Virus record (IMG/VR): IMGVR_UViG_3300044712_002668
Span: 271,989 to 335,988 of that record
DNA: 64,000 nucleotides
Reading direction: 5' to 3' (one strand)
How positions within the stretch are numbered: the first letter of the stretch is position 1; every line of letters begins with the position of its first letter. Both the position numbers and the translations under genes were made by a program. Shown here piece by piece: positions 46,688 to 57,186 of the stretch. The notes under the pieces were generated by a model. It was not told where the DNA came from. It did not search any database and saw nothing but the letters and a program-made list of their open reading frames with translations.

Positions 46688-47116
46688 ATGGCCGCTAAAA
46701 AGAAGAAAATTAAACTATCCACTACTGAGCAGAAGATTCGTGAGCTACAGGCCGAGGCTAGTAAACTAAAACAAGCCGAGGATAAAAAAAAGACAGATAA
46801 GGTTCTTGCGAAACTTGATGATCGTGCAAAGATAGTTTGGGATCTGATCAAGGATGAGCTTGGCTATCTAGATGATAGTTACCTTAAACTTTTGATGAAA
46901 GGTACAGGTAAAAATGTCAAGCTAAACCTAACACATAACACGCATAAACCATATTTTGTGTGTCAGTTTTTTAATAGCCCAATTGGAAACTTTTTATCAG
47001 AAAACGAAGCTATCGATTGTGTAAATGGTATAATTCATTGTGGAACAAGATATTTAGTTATTGATGTGGATAACCAAAGGCAAGTTGAAGTAAAAATAAG
47101 AATAGAGTTTCAATGA
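46688..47116 (+). CDS. Hypothetical protein
   Basis: ORF with GAGGG SD. Confidence 0.6.
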   Translation: MAAKKKKIKLSTTEQKIRELQAEASKLKQAEDKKKTDKVLAKLDDRAKIVWDLIKDELGYLDDSYLKLLMKGTGKNVKLNLTHNTHKPYFVCQFFNSPIGNFLSENEAIDCVNGIIHCGTRYLVIDVDNQRQVEVKIRIEFQ

Positions 47117-47316
47117 CCAATAACGTTTCCCAACTTCAGGATAAAGTAAACCGTCTTGAGCGGCGTATCGAAACTCTTGAAAGAGAGATTGGCGGCAAAG
47201 AGATTGAGATTGAACGCAAGGATCGTGAGATTGCCCGTCTCAAAGAACAGCTTGAGCAAATGACAGCTAACTATGAAGAAGCTCAGGCTTTTATAGACAA
47301 TGGAAATTTCTCTTGA
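47113..47316 (+). CDS. Coiled-coil protein
   Basis: Heptad pattern. Confidence 0.6.
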   Translation: MTNNVSQLQDKVNRLERRIETLEREIGGKEIEIERKDREIARLKEQLEQMTANYEEAQAFIDNGNFS

Positions 47317-47325
47317 GGAGTAAAT

Positions 47326-47703
47326 ATGGACAGAGCTCTTCGCTATGGTGTTCCTTTGAAGCCTGCCAAAGTTGACGTAGATCTGGAAAAGTCATTTGTT
47401 AAGTATCTGACAGAAAAGAATTATACTGTATATCCTCCAGGTCATTCTGATAATGAAGAAATTGTCAAACTTAAAAATGAAATAGAACGCTTAAATAAAG
47501 AAAGAGAAAGCGGTCTGGATATGATATCTAGACTTAGAGATGAACGGCGTCAGTTCAATAATGAGCTTGTGGAGGCTCTTGATCTTAATCAAGATACCTT
47601 TGATACTATGACTGACTATGAAGGTCAAGAAGATATCATAAAGGCAATCAAGGAAAAATCTAGAGATAAAATTTCTTTAAGAAAACTATTAAGAAATTTA
47701 TGA
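47326..47703 (+). CDS. Hypothetical protein
   Basis: GAGGAG SD. Confidence 0.6.
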   Translation: MDRALRYGVPLKPAKVDVDLEKSFVKYLTEKNYTVYPPGHSDNEEIVKLKNEIERLNKERESGLDMISRLRDERRQFNNELVEALDLNQDTFDTMTDYEGQEDIIKAIKEKSRDKISLRKLLRNL

Positions 47704-47948
47704 AAAAATATTTACTTTTAGCCGGAAGTTGTTACTATCCACGAAGAGGAATAGGAGATTGGCAAGGCTGTTTTGAAACAATTGAATTGGCTGAGAAGCA
47801 AATAGAAACAACTGTAGAGTATGATTATTTTACAAAAGGCCCAAGAAAGGGGGAAATTAAAGAAGGATCCGCAAGACATTATTACAAAATTGGTCGTGAT
47901 ACATATGATTGGTATGAAATTGTAGATCTTGATGATTGGATCGGTTGA
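47700..47948 (+). CDS. Hypothetical phage protein (YLL.AG..YYP..G..D type)
   Basis: Recognised phage motif; coupled. Confidence 0.6.
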   Translation: MKKYLLLAGSCYYPRRGIGDWQGCFETIELAEKQIETTVEYDYFTKGPRKGEIKEGSARHYYKIGRDTYDWYEIVDLDDWIG

Positions 47949-47949
47949 T

Positions 47950-48351
47950 ATGAAGAAGTTTTTATTGGTAGAACGGCAAAGTGGTGGTTGTGATTATACT
48001 ATAGGATGTGGAATAAGGGTAACTACTATCACTGCGGAATCTTTGGAAGATGCCATCAAACAATGTGGTGGAAATTTAACCGAAGAAGATTTGCGTAAAG
48101 ATGAGGATGAGGATGATGAAGATGAAGACTATGATGATGAATATTCATTGATTAGTGACTATCAAGCCAAGAATGAACATGGTATTAATAGCGCGTTTTT
48201 ATATGAAATTGCTTCTTCAACAAACCTTGAAAAGCCAATTTTATCTTCAAGATCTGTTTTGAACAAACTAAAGAAAGAGGCCAAAGAAAAAGAACAAGAA
48301 AAAAAAGAGCTTGAAGAACTTAAGCGTCTCAAGAAAAAGTATAATAAATAG
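47950..48351 (+). CDS. Hypothetical phage protein (GCDYTIGCG motif)
   Basis: Motif; acidic tract. Confidence 0.6.
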   Translation: MKKFLLVERQSGGCDYTIGCGIRVTTITAESLEDAIKQCGGNLTEEDLRKDEDEDDEDEDYDDEYSLISDYQAKNEHGINSAFLYEIASSTNLEKPILSSRSVLNKLKKEAKEKEQEKKELEELKRLKKKYNK

Positions 48352-48359
48352 GAACCTAT

Positions 48360-49406
48360 ATGATAGTAAGAACTGACGGGCTCATCAAAACCGTAACCTC
48401 TCCCGATTACAATTACAAGTTTGATTTACGAAACGGAAACTTTTGTAGATGGGGAAAAACTCTTGATGACGATCCTGTTCAGGCTCCTCATCCTGAGATT
48501 GCTGATATAGAAGTAACTACCATTTGCTCTGGTTTGAATGGTAAGGTTTGTGCCCATTGTTATAAATCAAATACACCAATGGGTTTCAATATGTCTCTGG
48601 ATTTATATAGAAAAATACTTTACAAGATATCTGCATCAGGCTTACTTACCCAAGTAGCTTTCGGTGCGGATAGTACCGGATATTCCAATCCAGAACTCAT
48701 AGACATGATGGAGTTTACCCGTAGTCAAGGAGTGATTCCTAATATTACGGTAGCTGACATTGATACTTTTATGGCTAAAAAACTGGCCGGTGTTTGCGGT
48801 GCAGTTGCTGTCAGCCGATATGAGAACAAAGAGTATTGTTATAACTCCATTGCCAGATTGGCAGAGGCCGGGTTACAACAAATCAATATTCATTTAATGA
48901 TTAGCAAGGAAACATATCACCTTGCAGAAGAAACAATCAAGGATATCCAAACAGATCCTAGATTGAAAAGCCTTAAGGCTTTGGTTATGTTGTCTCTTAA
49001 ACAAAAGGGTAGAGGAACAAAGTATACCCCTCTTACTCAGAAAGAGTTTCACTCCCTGGTAAAACAAGGAGTGGATGCCGGAGTGTCTCTTGGATTCGAT
49101 TCCTGTAGCGCAATCAAGTTCCTCAATACTCTCAAAAAAGGAAAAGAATACTTAAAAATCAAACAACAGGTTGAACCATGTGAAAGTACTTTGTTCTCTA
49201 TATTTATCAATTATAGAGGAGAGGCTTTCCCTTGTTCATTTGCTGATGGTATCCCTGGGTGGGAAAGAGGCATTCCTGTTATTGGGTATACACACTTTTA
49301 CGATGTATGGCATCATGAAAGAATGATTGAGTTCAGGAACAAGTTATTGGAAACAAGCAAACAAAATTCCCATGATTGCAGGGAATGTCCTTTGTTCAAG
49401 GTATAA
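48360..49406 (+). CDS. Radical SAM protein with SPASM/twitch-like C-terminus
   Basis: DIEVTTICSGLNGKVCAHCY (Cx7Cx2C); PCES...PCSF...CRECP. Confidence 0.85.
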   Translation: MIVRTDGLIKTVTSPDYNYKFDLRNGNFCRWGKTLDDDPVQAPHPEIADIEVTTICSGLNGKVCAHCYKSNTPMGFNMSLDLYRKILYKISASGLLTQVAFGADSTGYSNPELIDMMEFTRSQGVIPNITVADIDTFMAKKLAGVCGAVAVSRYENKEYCYNSIARLAEAGLQQINIHLMISKETYHLAEETIKDIQTDPRLKSLKALVMLSLKQKGRGTKYTPLTQKEFHSLVKQGVDAGVSLGFDSCSAIKFLNTLKKGKEYLKIKQQVEPCESTLFSIFINYRGEAFPCSFADGIPGWERGIPVIGYTHFYDVWHHERMIEFRNKLLETSKQNSHDCRECPLFKV

Positions 49407-49409
49407 TAT

Positions 49410-49799
49410 ATGGAACCTTTAAGTTGTATCAGGTGTACTAAACCTCTTTATTATAAGAGTGATAAGCCTATCTCTGTAGAAGATGGTATAGCACAAGGAT
49501 GGAATAAATACGTTATAACTTCTGGGTTTCATACCAGTGGTTGGTATTGTCCTCGTTGTTCAGTTGGTTATCTTGACTATAAAGTCAAAGAAGTTAAAAC
49601 TTATTTAAACATATGTTTATCTACTTGTTTTGGTGCTTCGGTTTTTTATATTATATCCTTAATATTTTTAGGGTTTTCTTTTATTGGGTTTTTAGCTAAT
49701 GCTACATGGATATCAATTGTATTAGCGTTAGCATATTATTTTAGAAAACAATATCTTTCAAGAAAAAATGATCTTGAAATACAAATGGGAAAGATTTGA
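49410..49799 (+). CDS. Zn-finger plus two-TM membrane protein
   Basis: CIRC/CPRC and hydrophobic segments. Confidence 0.55.
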   Translation: MEPLSCIRCTKPLYYKSDKPISVEDGIAQGWNKYVITSGFHTSGWYCPRCSVGYLDYKVKEVKTYLNICLSTCFGASVFYIISLIFLGFSFIGFLANATWISIVLALAYYFRKQYLSRKNDLEIQMGKI

Positions 49800-50136
49800 A
49801 TTATGACTGAAGAATTAGAAATGACTGAGCAAGAAGAAAAAGAAATGGCAGATGCTTTTGCAGAATACTTTGCACCATTATGTTATGATGATCCTTGGGT
49901 TGAAAATTTAAAAATAGGAGATAAAGTTAAGATTTCTACCAAGGGAGATGTTATTTTTAATGTAATAATGCATGAGCTTTCAGGTACTGGTCAACCTTTT
50001 GGTATTTTATACAGGTTGAGGTTGGAAAACTCTAAAACAAAAGAGTTTCATGATGATATTGTGAAGCCTGATGGTGTCAGTGTATATTATGTTCGTCACC
50101 TCATAAAGGAGTAAATCTAATGATATATACCGCTGC

Positions 50137-51156
50137 ATGTCGAAAAGAATTTTACTTACTGGTGCTTCTGGTTTCGTTGGCTCTCATGTCCTTCGCCATG
50201 TTCTGAAAAATACAGATTGGTTTGTAGTTTGTCCGGTTACATTTACCTACAAGGGACTACAGGACAGAATAAGATCGGCTATAAGTGGAATAGATGAAGA
50301 ATGTAAGAGGATAAAGTTAGTCAAGTGTGATTTAACTGCTCCGATATCATCTGTTACAGCGCATGAGTTTGGAAAGATAGATTATGTTTTAAATGTTGCA
50401 AGTAATAGTCATGTGGATAGAAGTATAACACATCCATCTGAATTTATAATCCATAATGTATCTTTGATTTGTTATCTTTTAGATTGGGCAAAAAGTGTTC
50501 AAATTGAAAAGTTCATACAAATATCAACTGATGAAGTATACGGTCCTGCTGCTGTAGGACATGATCATAGGGAATGGGAGGATTTGCATTTACCTAGCAA
50601 TCCATATTCTGCTTCCAAGGCAGCACAAGAGGATATTTGTTTTTCATATTGGAGAACTTATGGAATACCATTGGCTATTACCAATACGATGAACATAATA
50701 GGGGAAATGCAAGATCCTGAAAAGTATGTACCCATGACAATAAAGAAGATCTTGAATGAGGAAGAAGTTATCATTCACGGATCGGCTGATGGTAAGACTA
50801 TTGGTAGCAGGTATTATTTACATGCTAGAAATCAAGCCGATGGATTGTTGCATGTTTTGAAAATGCCATTTGTGTTTTATGGAGCCGGTGTGGATAGACC
50901 TATGAGGTTTCATATTGCCGGTGAGAAAGAGATAAATAATCTTGAGTTAGCACAAATGATAGCGGATATAATTGGCAAGAAATTACGATATAAGATTGTT
51001 GATTTCCATTCTTCGCGTCCTGGGCACGATTTGCGATACGCCCTGAACTGTGATAAAATCACAGCCTCCGGTTGGCGAGCCCCATTTGGATTGGAGGAAA
51101 GTTTAAGAAGAACCATTGAATGGACATTGAAGCATCCTGAATGGTTGCGTATATAA
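50137..51156 (+). CDS. NAD-dependent dehydratase, dTDP-glucose 4,6-dehydratase (RmlB)-like
   Basis: TGASGFVG, SHVDRSI, STDEVYG, PYSASKA, RPGHDLRY. Confidence 0.9.
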   Translation: MSKRILLTGASGFVGSHVLRHVLKNTDWFVVCPVTFTYKGLQDRIRSAISGIDEECKRIKLVKCDLTAPISSVTAHEFGKIDYVLNVASNSHVDRSITHPSEFIIHNVSLICYLLDWAKSVQIEKFIQISTDEVYGPAAVGHDHREWEDLHLPSNPYSASKAAQEDICFSYWRTYGIPLAITNTMNIIGEMQDPEKYVPMTIKKILNEEEVIIHGSADGKTIGSRYYLHARNQADGLLHVLKMPFVFYGAGVDRPMRFHIAGEKEINNLELAQMIADIIGKKLRYKIVDFHSSRPGHDLRYALNCDKITASGWRAPFGLEESLRRTIEWTLKHPEWLRI

Positions 51157-51170
51157 TTCAACATATATGC

Positions 51171-51422
51171 ATGAAAACAATATATGCAATTCTGGCATTT
51201 CTAACTGTAACAACTATTACAACAACGGCATTTGCTGATGTAAAGACAACTGTTTGGAAGGATAGTTATGGGTATACATTCGATGACGATCCTTTGTCAG
51301 CCGGTGGCTTTGGTCCAAATGATACTGTAATCAAAGTCAGGGCCAAAGCTGCCAAGACTACATTGATTCGTCCAAGAATATCATTTGTTACTGAGCTTAT
51401 AAAGTCAGTAGAGTATATCTGA
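51171..51422 (+). CDS. Secreted CglF/GltF-like small protein (myxobacterial gliding family)
   Basis: Signal peptide ending AFA; YTFDDDPL.AGG.GP....I.VR......LIRPR.SFV.EL.KSVE. Confidence 0.6.
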   Translation: MKTIYAILAFLTVTTITTTAFADVKTTVWKDSYGYTFDDDPLSAGGFGPNDTVIKVRAKAAKTTLIRPRISFVTELIKSVEYI

Positions 51423-51636
51423 AAGTCAATAGAAATGGGCTGTGGTAGTTATTCCGGGCAGCATGTTGGGCTTTATTATGGAGCGGATCCTTCTGGAAAA
51501 GGAAGGATCCCTCCCTATGTCCATAAGAACTATGGCGATCTCTATGAGGTTATCATCAAGAAAGATGATAAGCATTTCGTAATAGCTACATGTATATACG
51601 AAGAGGATGCTTACTCTGTACTAAAACCATATCAAC

Positions 51637-52101
51637 ATGCATAGATTATTTCCTGTAGAATTTATAAGGCAATGTATAGAAATTTATATCAAGGATCATG
51701 GTAAACCACCAAAGATACTTGTTGTAAGTAATATTGATATGGTTGATTACACTATCACATGTTCAATGCAACAGGTGAAAAGTTTACTTGATATAGCACC
51801 AGATTTAAAAATAACAACTGGTTATTATCTTGAAAGAGGCGAAATAGATTTAGCCATGGTAGATATTAATGATTGTGATAGAGAAAAACTAAACTCTATC
51901 ATGTATGATCTCATCCTGAACGATCCTTATATTGAAGAGGATGAGTTGGCAGATGATGCTTTTGTCATTATGTTTCCAGAAGCAGACTCTGATACTCCAG
52001 ATATTTTTAATGAGTTTGCCCACATGTGGATCAGGATGTTGATAGATTCCGATCCTGGTTATAGATGTAGTTGTGGAAGTGGATTCCATAAAGAAAGATA
52101 G
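51637..52101 (+). CDS. Hypothetical protein with SEC-C-like CSCGSG tail
   Basis: ORF. Confidence 0.5.
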   Translation: MHRLFPVEFIRQCIEIYIKDHGKPPKILVVSNIDMVDYTITCSMQQVKSLLDIAPDLKITTGYYLERGEIDLAMVDINDCDREKLNSIMYDLILNDPYIEEDELADDAFVIMFPEADSDTPDIFNEFAHMWIRMLIDSDPGYRCSCGSGFHKER

Positions 52102-52102
52102 T

Positions 52103-52852
52103 ATGATTCTTATTACTCAGCCAAGAGCTGGCTCATCTCATAATGAAATAATCGCTCTGCAAATGACAGCCAGGGAAATGGGTTGGGATGTGTTCCCCGC
52201 TCCTACTAGCTGGAGAATGACAGATGAGTTTATTGCAACAAAACCTGTAGGGGTTCCTTACGGGTCACAGATATTTTGTGAAACTATTTGTCAACAACTT
52301 GATTGGGGTTTGATAGCTAATCCATTTGATTGGTTGGCCAGTGTCCCACCTGCTTTTCTTAAAAGAAAAGTTGAGTTTATGACATTGGTTGAGGCCAAGA
52401 AAAATACCGAACGTAAGTTCATAAAACCCGCTGATGATAAATGTTTTGACGCCAAGGTGTATGAGATTGGTGAGTTCAATCCTCCTCCGGTTCTTCCAGA
52501 TGAAATACCAGTTCTAGTATCTGATGTTGTAAAGTTTACTGAAGAATACCGTTGTGTTGTTAGGGATAATAAGGTTGTAACACATTCTTGTTATGTTCTT
52601 GGGGATGAGATTTGTAATCCTAAGAACTATCATATCTCAGAAGCTCCAGCAGCATTCTTGAACTCTCTGTTAGAGGTTTACAAGTCTGAGAACGCTGTGA
52701 TTGATGTTGGGATTATGGAGCAAGGATTTGCCGTAATTGAAACAAACCCAATCTGGGCATCTGGAATTTATGGCGGGGATTCTACCGAGATATTGAAGAC
52801 TATGGAAACAACTTGTTATAGGAGTATAGAATGGGCAGAGTTGAAGAAATAA
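52103..52852 (+). CDS. ATP-grasp protein (DUF4343/R2K-like)
   Basis: KFIKP..DK.F.A.VY, EYRC.V, VIDVG, VIE.NP.WASGIY. Confidence 0.75.
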   Translation: MILITQPRAGSSHNEIIALQMTAREMGWDVFPAPTSWRMTDEFIATKPVGVPYGSQIFCETICQQLDWGLIANPFDWLASVPPAFLKRKVEFMTLVEAKKNTERKFIKPADDKCFDAKVYEIGEFNPPPVLPDEIPVLVSDVVKFTEEYRCVVRDNKVVTHSCYVLGDEICNPKNYHISEAPAAFLNSLLEVYKSENAVIDVGIMEQGFAVIETNPIWASGIYGGDSTEILKTMETTCYRSIEWAELKK

Positions 52853-53571
52853 AAGCCGAGATACATAAACTTAGACAAGAATTGGAATTGATTCAGTCCG
52901 AGTGTTGTCATCCGGTATCCAGTATGACAGGTAAAGCACATGCCAATACTGGAAATTGGGATCCTGATGACGATAGGTATTGGTACTCTTTCACATGTGG
53001 TTTATGTGAAAAACACTGGACAGAAGACCAATCAAAATCATTATATTCAATTTCCAACGGAAAAGTATCCAAGAGAAAATAATGCGCAAGAAGATATTTA
53101 TAAACGATAAACATGTTGGATTTTGTTTAAAGCCCACCATAGAGAATGGGTTTGTGGTTTGCGATCTGGCAATGTTTACCGGGATTGACATGAAGATGTT
53201 ACATCCACTTTTCAAACATTTGGGGCGTTTGAAATTGAAGATAGAGTCCATAGAAGGGGAGTGGTATTTCCATAGTAGCCCGGCTTTTTTCCATCAGCCA
53301 GGCTTGGTAGTTGTCTCTAATTATGGCCCGGCCTCTCCCATCAGTGAGGGAATGGTCCAATTTGAAGCGGCCTGAATCATGTCCAAAGTAGAACTAGAAA
53401 ACTTCTTTAATAAAATGATTGATGAAATTGACCTTCAAAAGTTATTAACGGATATGATAATTGAAGAAGTTTATGGTTTTATTCCTGCTATTCCACAGGT
53501 GAATGACAAACTTTTTGACAATAAAACAACAGCTATTGTAAAACGTCAAAGTACAGCGATTGTAAAATACA

Positions 53572-54114
53572 ATGCATAAGAAAGTTATTTGTTTTTATGG
53601 TGGTCCGGGTACTGGAAAATCTACTATCAGTGCCCAATTATTCGCCCTTCTCAAGATAAAAGGGTTGAATGTAGAGCTTGTAAGGGAATATGTAAAGGAT
53701 TGGGTATGGGAGAAACGTGCAATTCTTCCTGGTGACCAATTGTATATCTTTGCAAAACAATGTCGAAAAGAAAGGATATTGTTTCAAGATGTAGATGTCA
53801 TTATTACAGATTCTCCTATCTGGTTATCTGCTATTTATGAAAGAAAAGTAGATCCAGATCCTATGATTATTCCTTTGGCCATAGATAAACAGGTTAGAGT
53901 GGCCAAAAGTTTCGGGTTTCAATATGTACACATCTTTTTACAAAGAGATGATAAGATAAAATACCAAACAGAAGGAAGATTTCAGTCTCTGGAAGAGGCA
54001 AAAAAAATAGATGATGAGATTTCAAGCTATATGGATAGGAATTATCCGTTCGATTTGAAGATCAGCGCATCAATTCAGGTTGAAGACCTGTTGCCTTTGG
54101 TATTTCCAACATGA
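53572..54114 (+). CDS. P-loop kinase/ATPase (NadR/AAA_28-like)
   Basis: GGPGTGKST, EY.KD.VW, ITDSP, GR.Q..EEA. Confidence 0.8.
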   Translation: MHKKVICFYGGPGTGKSTISAQLFALLKIKGLNVELVREYVKDWVWEKRAILPGDQLYIFAKQCRKERILFQDVDVIITDSPIWLSAIYERKVDPDPMIIPLAIDKQVRVAKSFGFQYVHIFLQRDDKIKYQTEGRFQSLEEAKKIDDEISSYMDRNYPFDLKISASIQVEDLLPLVFPT

Positions 54115-54363
54115 TCCAGTCTCAAAAATTAAAAGAATTGCTCGATGAGAACATTGATTATGCTGGTTATGTAGATTACATGAGTAATAATGACAAAGAT
54201 ACGGCTGATAATGTGTTTTTAGGGTATGATTTAGCAAAAGAATCTGCCAAAAAGCACTATAAAGTGTTCTATTGCTTTATAGACAATGATACAATGGCTT
54301 TCATGATCGATAAGAATGAAACTACGGCTATCAGAAGGCTGAAGCGAGAGTTTAAAGAAAGCA

Positions 54364-54813
54364 ATGGCTGAATCTTCCAAGAAAACTTTCAAGGGTACTT
54401 GTCTTGTAATCCGTAATATGGTTCCCAATTGGGATAAAGCTTTAAAGCTTATAGATGAAACTCCAACAGAAGATATCTCAAAGCATATCATTGCTGCTCT
54501 GGGATTGACCGTTAGAGAGCCTTTGCCATCGGAAAAGGAAAACTACCCGTTGGTAAAACTAACGCAAGGAGCGTTGTTTGCGAGGCATCAGAAGAGATAC
54601 CCACATGATGTAAAAACTATTGCCATCAATGCTTTGCGTGAATGTGAAGCAATGTATCAAGGCAATAGTGATGTTGGGTGCGTACAACACGATACAGAGT
54701 GTTCAGTTCTTTTTGCTGGGGACTGTACAACAGGCAACAAGATACCGTTTGGTATGGATTGCATTTTGATTTTTAAGAGTTTGGGAGCCAGTGTTGCTGG
54801 TTTCGATGTATAA
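54364..54813 (+). CDS. Hypothetical protein
   Basis: Coupled ORF. Confidence 0.55.
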   Translation: MAESSKKTFKGTCLVIRNMVPNWDKALKLIDETPTEDISKHIIAALGLTVREPLPSEKENYPLVKLTQGALFARHQKRYPHDVKTIAINALRECEAMYQGNSDVGCVQHDTECSVLFAGDCTTGNKIPFGMDCILIFKSLGASVAGFDV

Positions 54814-54824
54814 AGGAAAGTAAA

Positions 54825-55295
54825 ATGAAAATTCGTAATGGTTTTGTAAGCAATAGTTCAGCTTCAAGTTTTCTTTGTCAGATTAGTTTAGAGCATCTAG
54901 CTGGTTCCGATTCTGACTATGAGGAGGGAACTTGTAGATGCCGTGATTGTCATTCACAGTTTTTATCTGAGTATTTAAGAAAGGTAGATATCAAAACCCT
55001 TTCCAAGGAAGAGGTTTCGAAAGCTTTGAAATCTTTATATGTTACAATAAATCCAGAGGATTCCGAGGAGGATCTGAAGGAGATGTTGCAAGATAAAGTT
55101 GAGCTTTGGCAGGGTTGTTCATATACAATTCATGTAACCAGTGTATTCTGTCCCATTTGCAACATGGAGCAATTCAAGGTTGTTGATTTATTGGCCTTTG
55201 CCTTGAAGCAACTTGGTAAGACCGAGGAAGAGTTGACTAAGGATATTGCTGCCAATTACAAAAACTATGCGGACTTTAAAAAGTATTTAGGATAA
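54825..55295 (+). CDS. MKIRNGFVSNSS family Zn-binding protein
   Basis: N-terminal motif; CxxC and CPIC. Confidence 0.75.
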   Translation: MKIRNGFVSNSSASSFLCQISLEHLAGSDSDYEEGTCRCRDCHSQFLSEYLRKVDIKTLSKEEVSKALKSLYVTINPEDSEEDLKEMLQDKVELWQGCSYTIHVTSVFCPICNMEQFKVVDLLAFALKQLGKTEEELTKDIAANYKNYADFKKYLG

Positions 55296-55296
55296 T

Positions 55297-55536
55297 ATGC
55301 TGGATGTAAAAACTATTGTTTCCAATCCGCAGGAAACAAAAGACGCTCTGGCTCGTCGTAAACCTGATGACCGTGATTACAGTGATACTGTAATTGATTA
55401 CATTTGTGTTTTATATGACTATGTGAAGAAGGAGAAGCAGGAGTTGGAGCAATTGAGGCATATACAGAAGCAAATGGAGCAGGACTATATTCGTTGGAAG
55501 AGGGTAGCCAAAGAGAATGGCTTTGATATAGATTGA
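55297..55536 (+). CDS. Stand-alone SerRS N-terminal coiled-coil-like domain
   Basis: MLDVKTIVSNPQETKDALARR resembles SerRS MLD...IR.NPE.VK..L.RR. Confidence 0.6.
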   Translation: MLDVKTIVSNPQETKDALARRKPDDRDYSDTVIDYICVLYDYVKKEKQELEQLRHIQKQMEQDYIRWKRVAKENGFDID

Positions 55537-55543
55537 GGATTTT

Positions 55544-56026
55544 ATGGGAATTGATATAAGTGCAAGATTGGTTGTTGCAATCCCGGTAAGCGGCCCTTTA
55601 TTGTTTACCAATAAGGAAGGAAATCCATGTTGTGAAAAATGTGGACATATTGGGAAGAAAGATAAATTCTGTGAAGAGTGTGGTGGTAGGATTAAATGTA
55701 ATCATCAGGAAGTAATTAATGATAAGGTTTATAAATGGATGATTGAACATGCCAAAGAGGATGCTGAGGGCTGGGATATTGTGGAGTATACAGATTGTTT
55801 TCGTGATTTATATTATCATGATATAAATGAGGTTACAGATAATAACCGTAATGCTATTGGTGTTATAATTGGAAGGACTGGAAGTCATAGAAGCCCAAGT
55901 ACAAGACCATATGATATACATAGGGAAGAAATACTTGAAGCAATATCTTTTGTTAGTAATATGGCTACAGCTATTGGGTTGTATAATGTGAACCCAAAAG
56001 TTTATTTATCTATGGAAATTGGGTAG
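55544..56026 (+). CDS. Double Zn-ribbon protein
   Basis: CEKC...FCEECG. Confidence 0.6.
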   Translation: MGIDISARLVVAIPVSGPLLFTNKEGNPCCEKCGHIGKKDKFCEECGGRIKCNHQEVINDKVYKWMIEHAKEDAEGWDIVEYTDCFRDLYYHDINEVTDNNRNAIGVIIGRTGSHRSPSTRPYDIHREEILEAISFVSNMATAIGLYNVNPKVYLSMEIG

Positions 56027-56325
56027 AGATGAAAGCTTACATAGAAATAAATAATAAACACTATCATTCAGATGGAACTCTTTCATTAAAGAATGGAAAG
56101 CTTTATGTGAATGGTAAGTTTATAGATTCAATTGAGAATCATTCTCCGGGAACTGTATTATACTTGAGTGAGGATGGTAAGATACTTCCTGATTCAAAAA
56201 TAACATTGGATATGGTTCCACCTGAGTCTGGCTATAACGATCAAGTCCCATACACTATGATTATTGCTTTTATTGTTCTTATGTTTGTATTTGTGGTGGT
56301 GTTTTTCTCCGTTCTTTGAGGTCAT

Positions 56326-56787
56326 ATGAAAATTCGTAACGGTTTTGTAAGCAACAGTTCATCATCAAGTTTTGTTTGTGACATCAGTGGTATGATTCTG
56401 ACTGATGGAGATGATCAGTATTACTCAGCCTATTGTAGTTGTACTGATTGCAAATCAAGATTTGATGGGCAATTTATTCTCAACCTGACCGAAAAACAGA
56501 TCTCAAAAATTTCAAAAGAAGATATTGATGATTTGATTTCAAGTAATGCTGATAGTAGAATAAAATCAATTAGGGATTTGATTTCTGAAGCAAACAATGG
56601 TGATGGTGCCAAGTATATCAATCATGTTCTATGTCCTATCTGTCAATTGAAAGAGGTAAAGAATGATGATGTGGTGGCATTCTTGTTGGCTGAAAAGCAA
56701 GAAACAGTGGCAACAATAAAGGCAGAAATAAAAAAGAAGTTTAAAAATTATCAAGAGTTTAAGGCCGCTATTACGGTTAAGGATTAA
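56326..56787 (+). CDS. MKIRNGFVSNSS family Zn-binding protein
   Basis: MKIRNGFVSNSSSSSFVC; CPIC. Confidence 0.75.
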   Translation: MKIRNGFVSNSSSSSFVCDISGMILTDGDDQYYSAYCSCTDCKSRFDGQFILNLTEKQISKISKEDIDDLISSNADSRIKSIRDLISEANNGDGAKYINHVLCPICQLKEVKNDDVVAFLLAEKQETVATIKAEIKKKFKNYQEFKAAITVKD

Positions 56788-57186
56788 GTAATATGGGAAT
56801 TTATAGTGAAGCTTTGCAGCGTGGGCTTGAAAACGAAAACAAGCATCGTATGTGTTTGGAGAATATTCGAAAACATTTAAAGGAAGCATCAGATGAGGTA
56901 ACCAAAGAACTTGGTTATTGTTGTAGATTTAAGCTTGAGAAATCAAAGTATCAGCACATATACCAGATCAGAGCTTATCGTGCAGGTTTTGCTGATGAAA
57001 ATGATTTTGAGGGGCCTTATCAATTTCTAGGTGAAATTGAAATAGATGCTGGTGGGAGTTATTTCTGTGAGTATAAAGTTGGTCTAAAAAAAGATCCAAA
57101 AGATTTTGATGTTTGGTTGGTTTCAAAACTATCCAATCCAAATGTAGCTGATTCTTTGGTACGTTTAGGTGAAGGAAAGATTTGAT

